This document shows positions 1 through 10,221 of a stretch of 64,000 nt of DNA, in pieces. The notes under the pieces are model-generated. The model searched no databases and was not told the DNA's origin. It saw only the letters and a program-made list of their open reading frames with translations. Both the position numbers and the translations under genes were made by a program. The DNA lies in the NCBI GenBank assembly GCA_963696295.1, contig CAVOJR010000001.1:384001-448000 (forward strand). Direction: 5' to 3'. Numbering within the stretch: the stretch's first letter is position 1; each line of letters starts with the position of its first letter. The DNA comes from an uncultured Chlamydiae bacterium (GTDB taxonomy: Bacteria; Chlamydiota; Chlamydiia; Chlamydiales; JAJFMB01).

Positions 1-60
1 ACTTTCCCATAAATAATATTCAGGTTAGAATAAAACATCAAAAATAAGGAGAATTGCGCC

Positions 61-1893
61 ATGGTTGTCGCCAGAAATGAAGTCCCTCAGCAAGATCGCT
101 GGAATGTAGAAGCGCTCTACCCGTCTTTTGAAGCGTGGAATAAAGAATTTGAAGTGGCAAACCGTTCGAAACAACAGCCCAAATGGCCCGAAATTTTAGC
201 CTTTCACGGACATCTGCATGAAGGTCCGGAAAAGGTTTTCGAGGCCTTTAAACAAATTTTCGACGTTTCCCGCCAGCTTGAAAAACTCTACACCTACGCC
301 CACCTGAAGCATGACGAGGATATCGCCGAAGAGCGCTATAAAGCAGCGCTTGCCAAAATTATTTCCCTTTATCACGAATTTTCCAAAGAAACATCCTGGT
401 TTGAACCGGAGCTTTTGGCGATCAACCAGGAATTAATGGACGGCTTTCTGATATCTCCTGAGCTCAAAGAGTTCCGATTCTATCTGGAAAAAATCCTGAG
501 AAGGCGCAAACACACCCTTTCCCTCAAAGAAGAGAAACTGCTCGCCCTGGCAGGCCCTGCCCTGACGGGCCCCAGCAAGGCCTTTAGCGCATTAAACGAT
601 GCCGACTTTAACTTCGGCACGGCTAAAGACAGTCAGGATTTTGAACAGGAAATCACCCATGGGACCTATGCCCTTTTTATCAGAAGCCAGGACCGTGTTT
701 TGCGTAAAAACGCCTTCGAACGGTATCACTCCCAGTACAGGAAATATGAGAACACTCTGGCAGAACTGATCAACGGCCAGGTGCAAACTCACCTCTTTAA
801 TGCCACTGCGAGAAACTACTCGAGCTGCCTGGAAGCTGCCCTTTATCCAAAAAACATCGACACCCATGTCTACCATTCCCTTATCCGGGCCGCCACTGAC
901 AGGATGGATTCCCTGCATAAGTATGTCGCTTTAAGAAAGAAAGCTTTAGGCGTCGACGTGCTCAACTATTACGATTTGCAAGTGCCTCTCATAAAAGACG
1001 TTGAAATCAAAATGCCTTACAAGGAAGCCGAAGAGATCGTGATCGAATCGGTCGCTCCCCTTGGCGCTGAATATCAAAACTTACTCCGCAAAGGGTTCAA
1101 AGAGGACCGCTGGGTGGACCGCTATGAAAACAAAAATAAGCGCTCCGGCGGCTACTCATCCGGCTGCTTCGACAGCATGCCCTATATTCTGATGAACTAC
1201 AAAGACCTTTTAAGGGATGTCTTCACCCTGGCCCATGAAGCCGGCCACAGCATGCACAGCCTCTACTCGCGCAACAGCCAGCCCTACTGGTATTCCGACT
1301 ACCCGATTTTTATCGCCGAAGTCGCCTCCACCTTCAACGAAGATCTGCTTATGCGGCTCCTTCTCGAACGGGTCAAATCCAAGGAGGAAAAGATTTATTT
1401 GATTAACCAGAAGATCGACGACATCCGCGGCACGCTGTTTAGACAGACCCTGTTCGCCGAATTTGAACTGGCCATCCATACTTTTGCCGAGAACCACACG
1501 CCGATCACCCCTCAGCTGCTTAGGGACACTTACAGAGGTTTAAATAAAAAATACTTTGGCGAGGAGCTGCATTTAACCGAAAGCTCCGATATCGAGTGGG
1601 CGCGGATTCCCCATTTTTATTATAATTTCTATGTCTTTCAGTATGCTACCGGCATCAGCGCCGCCCTTGCCCTGACCGACCGGGTCCTGGGAGGAGGTAA
1701 AGCGGAGAGGAACGACTACCTGAACTTCCTGAAGTCGGGCAGCAGCCTCTACCCCATTGATACCATGCTGCTCGCGGGAGTGGACATGCGCTCCCCTGAG
1801 CCGGTGATCAAGGCGATCGACAAGTTTTCGGCGCTGGTGGATGAGCTCGACAAACTTATGTTCAGGGACAGCCAAAAAATAAATGCCCCTTAG
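61..1893 (+). CDS. pepF: Oligoendopeptidase F (M3B)
   Basis: HEAGH zinc motif, KRSGGYSSG, AEVAST, WARIPHFYYNFYVFQYATG; AGGAG RBS upstream. Confidence 0.95.
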   Translation: MVVARNEVPQQDRWNVEALYPSFEAWNKEFEVANRSKQQPKWPEILAFHGHLHEGPEKVFEAFKQIFDVSRQLEKLYTYAHLKHDEDIAEERYKAALAKIISLYHEFSKETSWFEPELLAINQELMDGFLISPELKEFRFYLEKILRRRKHTLSLKEEKLLALAGPALTGPSKAFSALNDADFNFGTAKDSQDFEQEITHGTYALFIRSQDRVLRKNAFERYHSQYRKYENTLAELINGQVQTHLFNATARNYSSCLEAALYPKNIDTHVYHSLIRAATDRMDSLHKYVALRKKALGVDVLNYYDLQVPLIKDVEIKMPYKEAEEIVIESVAPLGAEYQNLLRKGFKEDRWVDRYENKNKRSGGYSSGCFDSMPYILMNYKDLLRDVFTLAHEAGHSMHSLYSRNSQPYWYSDYPIFIAEVASTFNEDLLMRLLLERVKSKEEKIYLINQKIDDIRGTLFRQTLFAEFELAIHTFAENHTPITPQLLRDTYRGLNKKYFGEELHLTESSDIEWARIPHFYYNFYVFQYATGISAALALTDRVLGGGKAERNDYLNFLKSGSSLYPIDTMLLAGVDMRSPEPVIKAIDKFSALVDELDKLMFRDSQKINAP

Positions 1894-1916
1894 CACTCAA
1901 AGATGAATACTGCTAA
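1890..1916 (+). promoter_or_regulatory. CIRCE element (HrcA operator) upstream of groES
   Basis: TTAGCACTC-N9-TACTGCTAA versus consensus TTAGCACTC-N9-GAGTGCTAA; overlaps the pepF stop codon. Confidence 0.9.
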
Positions 1917-1990
1917 CTTTAAAGTTGCTATTTAATAGCCACATCGGTTATTTTTCTAGACGACAAACAACAACCAAGGAGATGCCAGCC

Positions 1991-2336
1991 ATGTCTCAGA
2001 CAGCACTAAAAAATACAAATCAACAACAGAAAGCACATGGAAATCCTAACTTGCAGCCTATAGGAAACCGCGTGCTCGTAAAGCGTTTAGAAGCGGAAGA
2101 AACCCTGAAAGGGGGAATCATCCTGCCCGATACCGCCAAGAAAAAACAGGAGCAGGCGAAAGTGATCGCCATTGGCACAGGCAAAAAAGATAAACAGGGC
2201 AATCTCATTCCCTTTTCCGTGAAAGTCGGAGATATCATCTTGATGGAAAAATATTCCGGACAAGAAGTGACTGTGGGACGATCAAGAATATGTAATCGTT
2301 CGAGCCGATGATCTCATTGCTATTATTGAAAATTAA
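1991..2336 (+). CDS. groES: Co-chaperonin GroES, one apparent frameshift (extra G near 2276)
   Basis: LQPIGNRVLVKR...GGIILPDTAKKK; removing one base restores VTVDDQEYVIVRADDLIAIIEN*. Confidence 0.9.
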
Positions 2337-2342
2337 TTTTAA

Positions 2343-3981
<1,639 letters not shown>

Positions 3982-3989
3982 AAAAAGTG

Positions 3990-4011
3990 AGGCCCGGTGC
4001 AAATCGGGCCT
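3990..4011 (+). terminator. Hairpin after groEL
   Basis: AGGCCCG-N8-CGGGCCT stem directly after the stop codon; weak U tail. Confidence 0.5.
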
Positions 4012-4040
4012 TGCCAAAAAAATAGCCAATCGGCTATAAC
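4011..4040 (+). promoter_or_regulatory. Housekeeping sigma promoter for tRNA-Asn
   Basis: TTGCCA-N18-TATAAC about 15 bp upstream of the tRNA. Confidence 0.55.
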
Positions 4041-4054
4041 TGATGTTTCTTTAT

Positions 4055-4126
4055 TCCGGATTAGCTCAGCGGTAGAGCAGTGGACTGTTAATCCATTGGT
4101 CGCTAGTTCGAATCTAGCATCCGGAG
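4055..4126 (+). tRNA. tRNA-Asn (GTT), CCA not encoded
   Basis: Acceptor stem TCCGGA/TCCGGA, D arm AGCTCAGCGGTAGAGC, anticodon loop CTGTTAA, T loop GTTCGAATC. Confidence 0.96.
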
Positions 4127-4140
4127 AAGTCTAAGATTAA

Positions 4141-4178
4141 GGCAGTTGCGACGAGAGTTGTAACTGCCCTTTTTGTTT
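4141..4178 (+). terminator. Intrinsic terminator after tRNA-Asn
   Basis: GGCAGTTGCGAC-GAGA-GTTGTAACTGCC followed by CTTTTTGTTT. Confidence 0.8.
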
Positions 4179-4221
4179 CAGATGCCCTCTTAACTAGACA
4201 GCAAGAACCTCTAGCCGGAGT

Positions 4222-4372
4222 TTACAAACTCTGAGCTTCTTCCACATTCCGAAGAGCGATCAGCAAAAGATTTTTTGATTCCTCCCTTAAGACTTTCTTC
4301 CAAAGCGTCATTTAGATAAACAGCGGCCTCATCTTGATTTTTTAGCAGAAATTCCTGATATTTTCTTATCAT
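4222..4372 (-). pseudogene. Truncated, frameshifted addiction-module antidote (HI1420-like antitoxin)
   Basis: MIRKYQEFLLKNQDEAAVYLNDALEES, then in another frame LLLIALRNVEEAQ; HTH half is missing. Confidence 0.6.
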
Positions 4373-4502
4373 GTTCTCACTCTAAAATAATGAAATTCTA
4401 ACATCAAATTTTATGTTACCAAATGTAGCATAAAAAATATCCCTTTTAGAATAAATGGAATTATAATATCATTATACTCCAAATATATTTGCATGTGAAA
4501 TA

Positions 4503-6068
4503 ATGGCAAATCAAGTACAAAGCTTTCTTAGAAATCAGTGTTTTCTTATTTGGCATAACAATAGAGGACTCATTGCCACCCCACGTGTTCCTTCTGAAAA
4601 CCCGCCCAACGACATTTTTGAGTCGATCAAGGCGATAGCCATGGCTATTCAGGCTAACGTACCGCTCAATTTGGATGCACAGGAGGAAGGAGCTCTGCTA
4701 AAACTCACCTATCCTTTAGCTGGAAGTTATTTAAGCCCATCAGTCCAAAAGATTAACACTTATATTAGACAAAAGTGGCGCAATTCTTACTTGGGTACTC
4801 ACGCAGATCAAGGGAACGTTGTTTTATGGTTCGTTGCGTTTATGGGGCAACGTAATTCCTATTTATACAAAGACCAGGCCTATTTCTACAGGAGTATGGA
4901 TGGCTTTCTAAGCTTTTATCAAAATGTGCCGGCTACCCTAAAGCCCCTTATCAAAGATCTTTGCAAGGCATACCCGCAGGTATTTTCTGCTTGCGGCGAC
5001 CCGGAATCGCATGGCTATTTCCTGGCCCGCCTGCTTGAAAAAAACGATCCTCTCACAGAGCCTTGCCTTAGAAAAATTCTCTCCGGTAAAAACTCGAAGG
5101 AGAACCTTTTAAAAAACTGGCTTAATGTTCCGAGAAGGCTCTACTGCATCCCGTTTAATTCCTCTCTCAAAGAGCTAAGGGATCTTGCTTCAAATGAAAT
5201 TCCCCCCGAGTGGATTCATCGCACCCTGCAACAACTGCTCTTTTTTACAGATGCCACCCTCCCCAACAATTCGGTCAATCTGCTCGCTCTAAATCCATCT
5301 TTCTTCGATTTTTACTACTATTTAAGGGTAGGCCACCCCTATGACCATGAGCGTTTGAAGCAGACATTCCCATTGCCCAAGGAGTTTAACCAGGAAAAGC
5401 AAACACAGTATAGAGCGCTTCTTCATCAAAGCGTCTGTATGGCTGCAGAATGCCTTCGAGACAATAATTGGAACCTGGATCAAATCCTGGCCTATTTTAT
5501 GCTGCGGAGAAACTTTATCGCGCATTATTTAGGTGAAAAGGATCCGGAAGAGACGGCCATACCCGGACCGGTCGAAGGAAAATCGCTAAAAACGCCTTGT
5601 CATGGGCCTTTATGGGCTGATCTCCGTGCGCTACTCTCCAATCCTCAAAATTGGAACGGATTTGTCCATCAGGAAGGAGATGCTTATCACCTTCAGGCCG
5701 CTCTTGGCAATCAACAGTTCACACACTCCACAATTGTCTTAAGCGGTGAGGATGTGATAGTGGAGCACGGCAAGAACCCCCAAATCAGGAAAGAGATTCT
5801 TAAAGGGGTGGGAATCCTGTTTGAACGCGCAAAAAACGAACAGGGCCTGCCGTTTATGAAAAGTCTGGGACTGATTTTTTGGTGGATCATCCGATCGAAA
5901 CAGTGGCTTTCCGGAGAAGTCGGAATCGCCGAGGGGGTTGTTCGATCCCTCGCCTTGACAAAGGGGGTTCTCCCTCCCTGGAAACCGGGCGTTGCGCCGG
6001 CTGATGAGGTGATGAAGCATTTCGATCCAAATGAGTTTGCAGAGAAATTCCCGAGTTTCTTTCTTTAG
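4503..6068 (+). CDS. Putative effector with C-terminal AvrB/AvrC-like (Fido-fold) domain
   Basis: C-terminus FWWII...AEGVVRSLALTKGVLPPWKPG...EFAEKFPSFF; paralogous to 44098-45975. Confidence 0.55.
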   Translation: MANQVQSFLRNQCFLIWHNNRGLIATPRVPSENPPNDIFESIKAIAMAIQANVPLNLDAQEEGALLKLTYPLAGSYLSPSVQKINTYIRQKWRNSYLGTHADQGNVVLWFVAFMGQRNSYLYKDQAYFYRSMDGFLSFYQNVPATLKPLIKDLCKAYPQVFSACGDPESHGYFLARLLEKNDPLTEPCLRKILSGKNSKENLLKNWLNVPRRLYCIPFNSSLKELRDLASNEIPPEWIHRTLQQLLFFTDATLPNNSVNLLALNPSFFDFYYYLRVGHPYDHERLKQTFPLPKEFNQEKQTQYRALLHQSVCMAAECLRDNNWNLDQILAYFMLRRNFIAHYLGEKDPEETAIPGPVEGKSLKTPCHGPLWADLRALLSNPQNWNGFVHQEGDAYHLQAALGNQQFTHSTIVLSGEDVIVEHGKNPQIRKEILKGVGILFERAKNEQGLPFMKSLGLIFWWIIRSKQWLSGEVGIAEGVVRSLALTKGVLPPWKPGVAPADEVMKHFDPNEFAEKFPSFFL

Positions 6069-6892
6069 ATCGCTAAGCAGACGTAGGCTACAGCTGAGAC
6101 GGCCAGGAAGCCCTGCAAAGTTCTCTCCTTCTTTTTGAGATTCAGGCCGTAAATGGAGATTTGGAGGGCATTCAGGCTCAATCGCGGTTTATTCTCCTCA
6201 GGAGCGGCGTTTTGCAGTTCGAGGTTTTCCCGGATAAGATTTTCTTTGCTCTCTTGAAGCTCTTTAATGCTCTTGACGAGGTCTTCGCACACGGCTTTTT
6301 GCTTCCAATCGAAAACGTCTAGAGAGGCTAGTTCCATTTCTTCAAAAACTTCCCTGGCGGCGCTGGCAGCTGTTGCCGAGGGTCTTGTCGACACTATCCG
6401 GTCGATGCGGCTTAAACCCGATTCCCGGGGGAGCTGCTGAAATAAACGCTCGGTTCGCTCGGGATGGAAATGGAGCCTTAATGTCTTCAGCCACGGGACC
6501 AGGAATCTGACGATCGTGTGAGGCTTTTTCGTGAAGAGTGCGGGATTTTGCGGAGAAACGGGGGAGCGCGTTTTAAATTCTTCAGGGGCGTGATGGTGAT
6601 AAACTCTTAAGAATTGGTTTCCGTAAGCAAAACCGTCGCTGCCGAGCCAGGATTTGTCGTCGAGCGGTTCGTGGGTAATGGGATTGGTTAACAGCTGCTC
6701 CAGGAGATCGAGAAACTGGGAGGCAGCGGCCTCTCCCCTTAGGGTAAATTCCCGGTGCCACACCCGAAGCGCTTGCGAAAGATCGTCTTGCAAGGGGGAG
6801 CTGCTCAGTAAATTCCCAATCTCTTCCAATTTGCCGGGAAGAGGGAGTGGGGTCAAAATTTGGGGTGAAGGGTAAAGGGAAATTCGGTTCAT
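6065..6892 (-). CDS. Hypothetical protein with degenerate U-box-like segment, coiled coil and C-terminal hydrophobic tail
   Basis: NPITHEPLDD...SDGFAY...RSPVS...PHTIVRFLVPW; tail FLAVSAVAYVCLAI; start placed at the ATG just after the upstream stop. Confidence 0.5.
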   Translation of the reverse strand: MNRISLYPSPQILTPLPLPGKLEEIGNLLSSSPLQDDLSQALRVWHREFTLRGEAAASQFLDLLEQLLTNPITHEPLDDKSWLGSDGFAYGNQFLRVYHHHAPEEFKTRSPVSPQNPALFTKKPHTIVRFLVPWLKTLRLHFHPERTERLFQQLPRESGLSRIDRIVSTRPSATAASAAREVFEEMELASLDVFDWKQKAVCEDLVKSIKELQESKENLIRENLELQNAAPEENKPRLSLNALQISIYGLNLKKKERTLQGFLAVSAVAYVCLAI

Positions 6893-6893
6893 T

Positions 6894-7772
6894 TCATGAA
6901 AATAATTGGGAAAATTCTTGCGCGGGCATGGCGTAATTAAATGCCGTTTGATGCGACTGCATATTTCCAAAGTCTTTTTTCCGGTATTTCGGAAAGTTTT
7001 CTAAAGTGATGAAACATACCATCGAATATCGGCCTGTATGGGCTGTCTGATTGGTGGCTACCACCCGGTGGTAAAGGGCTTTCAGCTCTCCCTTGGAAAT
7101 AAGCTGCAGCTGCATCGAAGGGATGATGACCGTTTGCTTTTCATTCACGGGCATATCGTTCCATTCCGGCTTATCGAGGGAATAGTATTGCAAGCCTTCA
7201 TCGCTTTCATACAGATGGAGGGTAAAGCCCCCTTTATCGGCATGGGGAGCGGCGATTTCGGCGCCCTCACTTTGATTCCCAAAGTAGTGAAGGTAGCGCA
7301 AAGTCCAGTAGGGCTTGCTTAACTTCACTTCCTCCTCCAGTCCTTTCAGGCCAAACTCCTTTTCAAGGCTTGCCGCGTACTGCAAAATAATGGGCTCCAT
7401 CCGGTCCAGAAGATTTTTGGCATCCTGTAAAAAAAGGAAGGAGCGCCCTAGCGCGATTTTTTCCAGGCGTTCGGATTGATGCAGAGTCACGTGGAAATTT
7501 TCCTTGAGATCTTTCCCGGCCCCCTTCTCCTCCTTCAATTCATACCCGCAGCCATCCCCATGGGTATCTTCGAGGAAAGCAAAAAGCCCTTTTTCCTCAC
7601 GGGTAAGGGAGCAAAAATCCTTCCAGGAAGCCACCGCCCTCTCTACTATCCCCCTCAAATTGTCGGGATAATCCACATTACTGAGGCCGAGCTTGCGCAG
7701 CTCCTGCATGGAATTTGAAGATTGCGTATCCAATACAGCGCCTGGACGAGATAAGGATGTTACCGCACTCAT
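6894..7772 (-). CDS. 2-oxoglutarate/Fe(II) oxygenase, isopenicillin N synthase-like
   Basis: LRYLHY, HAD (HxD), YHRVV, RYS (RxS) motifs. Confidence 0.85.
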   Translation of the reverse strand: MSAVTSLSRPGAVLDTQSSNSMQELRKLGLSNVDYPDNLRGIVERAVASWKDFCSLTREEKGLFAFLEDTHGDGCGYELKEEKGAGKDLKENFHVTLHQSERLEKIALGRSFLFLQDAKNLLDRMEPIILQYAASLEKEFGLKGLEEEVKLSKPYWTLRYLHYFGNQSEGAEIAAPHADKGGFTLHLYESDEGLQYYSLDKPEWNDMPVNEKQTVIIPSMQLQLISKGELKALYHRVVATNQTAHTGRYSMVCFITLENFPKYRKKDFGNMQSHQTAFNYAMPAQEFSQLFS

Positions 7773-7818
7773 ATGATGTCCTTTAAGAAATAGCAAAATT
7801 TTAGCTAATCTCACTTTT

Positions 7819-8286
7819 TTAAAGATAGGAAATCTTTCGAAAACGGCTGCTCAAGCGCGCTCCATCGTGCCGATCTTCCCAGGAAGGATCTGCTTTTGAA
7901 AGGACCATAACTTCACAATTTTCTTCCGTTTTCAGGTGGGAAATCACTTGATTGTCTTCGGAGAGAAGACAGGCATTGAGCTGACCGGGGGTAAGCTTAT
8001 ACTTGCTTCCCGTTACCGCATCCACAGCAATACCGATGACCCCACCAAACACCAGGTTTCCAAACACCCATCCGCTCACTGTAGGAACAATTTGGGCATT
8101 ATACGGTTTAAACACTTCGAGTTCGATCTGCACCATATAGGGCTCTGCGCGCTTTAAGCAAACATACATCGGGGTCGTTCCCATTAATTGCTGATTTACC
8201 CAGACATTAGCGCCTTGCGGCTCGCTGTTGAAAGCTACCTGCTGGTATTTCCCATTCTTAATAGTAGCGCAGCTGGTTAAAATCGT
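7819..8286 (-). pseudogene. PEGA-domain lipoprotein, 5'-truncated and frameshifted near the 3' end
   Basis: ILTSCATI lipobox, NSEPQGANVWVN, GTTP, GWVFGNLVFGG; in-frame stop just upstream and no start codon; shifted end WE/KIGTMERA*. Confidence 0.65.
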
Positions 8287-8422
8287 TTATTGGCACCGGC
8301 TGACAGTCGCCCAATTTGTGGAGAATGCCCTCAGAGAAGCAATCACCAAGGCTGAGAATGAAAATGGGGGAACATTTAAGAAGCGGGCTTCCAAGCTGAG
8401 ACCTGGACGACCTTTGAAGTAG
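8285..8422 (+). pseudogene. C-terminal fragment of a small mobile-element DNA-binding/partition-type protein
   Basis: VYWHRLTVAQFVENALREAITKAENENGGTF...LRPGRPLK*; abuts the truncated PEGA gene at a deletion junction. Confidence 0.4.
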
Positions 8423-8430
8423 GGTCGCCG

Positions 8431-9249
8431 CTATCCCCAATGATACCACTTTTTCTTTACCCTTCCGCAATAAAAACAAAAAGTGTGTCTCTCCTCACCG
8501 AGATCATAGGTGAACATGACATATTGAAGCTCTTTTGCGATATTCTTGGGTATTTCGATTCTAAAGTCTGCAGTGTAAGAAGTACCAGGGAATATTGTAG
8601 TTGAATCAAAATAATTATTATTTAGTTGAAATAAAACCGCATCATGTTTTGCGTTAATATTATTACCAATGACTGCTGCATCATAGGCGACTTGTCTTTG
8701 AGCCTGTTGACGAAGAGCTTCAACGTGTATCGTGCCGCTAGTGGTAGAAGAGCCACTACCATATACAGAACCATTGGCCCATTCATTTGATCCAATAACA
8801 TTAATGTTGGAATTATAATTCCCATAGGTTTGTGATTGGTAATTGATATCACCTGCGGATTGAGCATTAGCCGCCTGAAGGCCAACGCATAATGCTGCCC
8901 CAAATTGTCTCCAGGACCTGGAGCTTTCGTTCTCAGCTATTAATTCCTTTTTACGAATACATTTTATAGAACGCCCTAATTGATCAGAGATTCGTAAATT
9001 TGAAACATAGAAATTGATGGGTTTATCCGAGAAGTTAGATATGCCAAAAGAAAAATCTGCTTTTCTATCAGCTATCGTTTCACTTATTTGGCACATCATC
9101 ACTAAGTTATTCTTTTGCGAGGAAATAATTGAAACCCCTTTATCTAATATTTCATTCTGATAATCGTATTTCGTCGATTTTATGTATCTCTCAGCAAAAC
9201 AAGCATTAACAAATAAGCAACTTACTATAAAAAAAACTGTAGCATTCAT
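8431..9249 (-). CDS. Exported hypothetical protein, AT-rich
   Basis: Signal-peptide-like MNATVFFIVSCLFVNACFA; long uninterrupted ORF. Confidence 0.6.
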   Translation of the reverse strand: MNATVFFIVSCLFVNACFAERYIKSTKYDYQNEILDKGVSIISSQKNNLVMMCQISETIADRKADFSFGISNFSDKPINFYVSNLRISDQLGRSIKCIRKKELIAENESSRSWRQFGAALCVGLQAANAQSAGDINYQSQTYGNYNSNINVIGSNEWANGSVYGSGSSTTSGTIHVEALRQQAQRQVAYDAAVIGNNINAKHDAVLFQLNNNYFDSTTIFPGTSYTADFRIEIPKNIAKELQYVMFTYDLGEERHTFCFYCGRVKKKWYHWG

Positions 9250-9335
9250 CTTCAATCCCAGATCCATTATCATAATTGAAGGTATTATCAGAAATGCTGG
9301 TATTTACTGTAAATTGATATGATTTTTTGAGAGGC

Positions 9336-9739
9336 TTAGAAGGGAATGCCGTCTTCCTCGATCTTCTCTTGAGCCCCTGAATGGATGGACATGCTTGCGG
9401 CATATTCACCTTTTTCAGCTGGCTTTGAGGATGGCAAGAAGTTCACGTCAGAGACAAAGATTGTTAGGTCGATTTCATGGTAACCATTCCTACTCGTAAA
9501 CTCTTGGCTTTTGCAGTCTATCTACCTACAACACAAATGGAGCTGCCTTTATCTTAATAGGTGGTGGCTATGGCAGAGTTATCTCCATTCATCAACATGC
9601 AGCGATACCAGGTGGTTTCTTCCTTCTGCCCTTTCTTCTCTGAAAATGCCAAGCTGAAAGAGAGATAGTTTGTTCCATTTTTGGATTGCTTTAACTCAGG
9701 CTTATTGACCATGCGACCGTTAGCCATAATCAATGTCAT
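9336..9739 (-). pseudogene. ssb: Single-stranded DNA-binding protein pseudogene (mobile-element type)
   Basis: GRMVNKPELKQ...FSLA...ETTWYRC...KGSSICVVGR, then after stops and shifts ...EEDGIPF* acidic tail. Confidence 0.8.
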
Positions 9740-9845
9740 TCTGCGGTTAAAGAGAGAAGTAATGCTATCAATAAATTAAATTTCATTTCCTGCCTCGTTT
9801 AAGGATCATTTTGAGAGAACAGTCTATCAGTTTCTCATTTCCAAT

Positions 9846-10156
9846 GCAATCACGGCTATTGGTATATTTTCGTCCACTTGGTATTTCGGAGCGAGACCTA
9901 AGGAATCGCAATACTTGTGAGGAGTTCATAGCTTTAGCTATGGAAGACGAGGCCGCCGGTCGCAGCCGAAATGCCACTGGACGAAATTATACCAGTAGCC
10001 GCAATCACGGCTATTGGTATATTTTCGTCCACTTGGTATTTCGGAGCGAGATCAAGGAATCGCAATACTTGTGAGGAGTTCATAGCTTTAGCTATGGAAG
10101 ACGAGGCCGCCGGTCGCAGCCCGAAATGCCACTGGACACCAGTAGCCGCAATCACG
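9846..10156. repeat. Tandem duplication: 155-bp and 147-bp units plus a 9-bp third start
   Basis: GCAATCACG recurs at 9846, 10001 and 10148; the two units are nearly identical. Confidence 0.95.
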
Positions 10157-10221
10157 ATTTTTTATTTGCTAAACTAAAGACTCATTTTATAAAATGGCGC
10201 AAATCCTTACCCGGGAGCATC

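Noticed and set aside
4105..4126. tRNA-Asn 3' end as an island attachment site
   Set aside because: I saw no second copy of the tRNA end and no integrase, so island boundaries cannot be supported; the search was by eye only.
9846..10156. Possible CRISPR array
   Set aside because: Whole ~150-bp units repeat with no unique spacers, and no cas genes are in the window.
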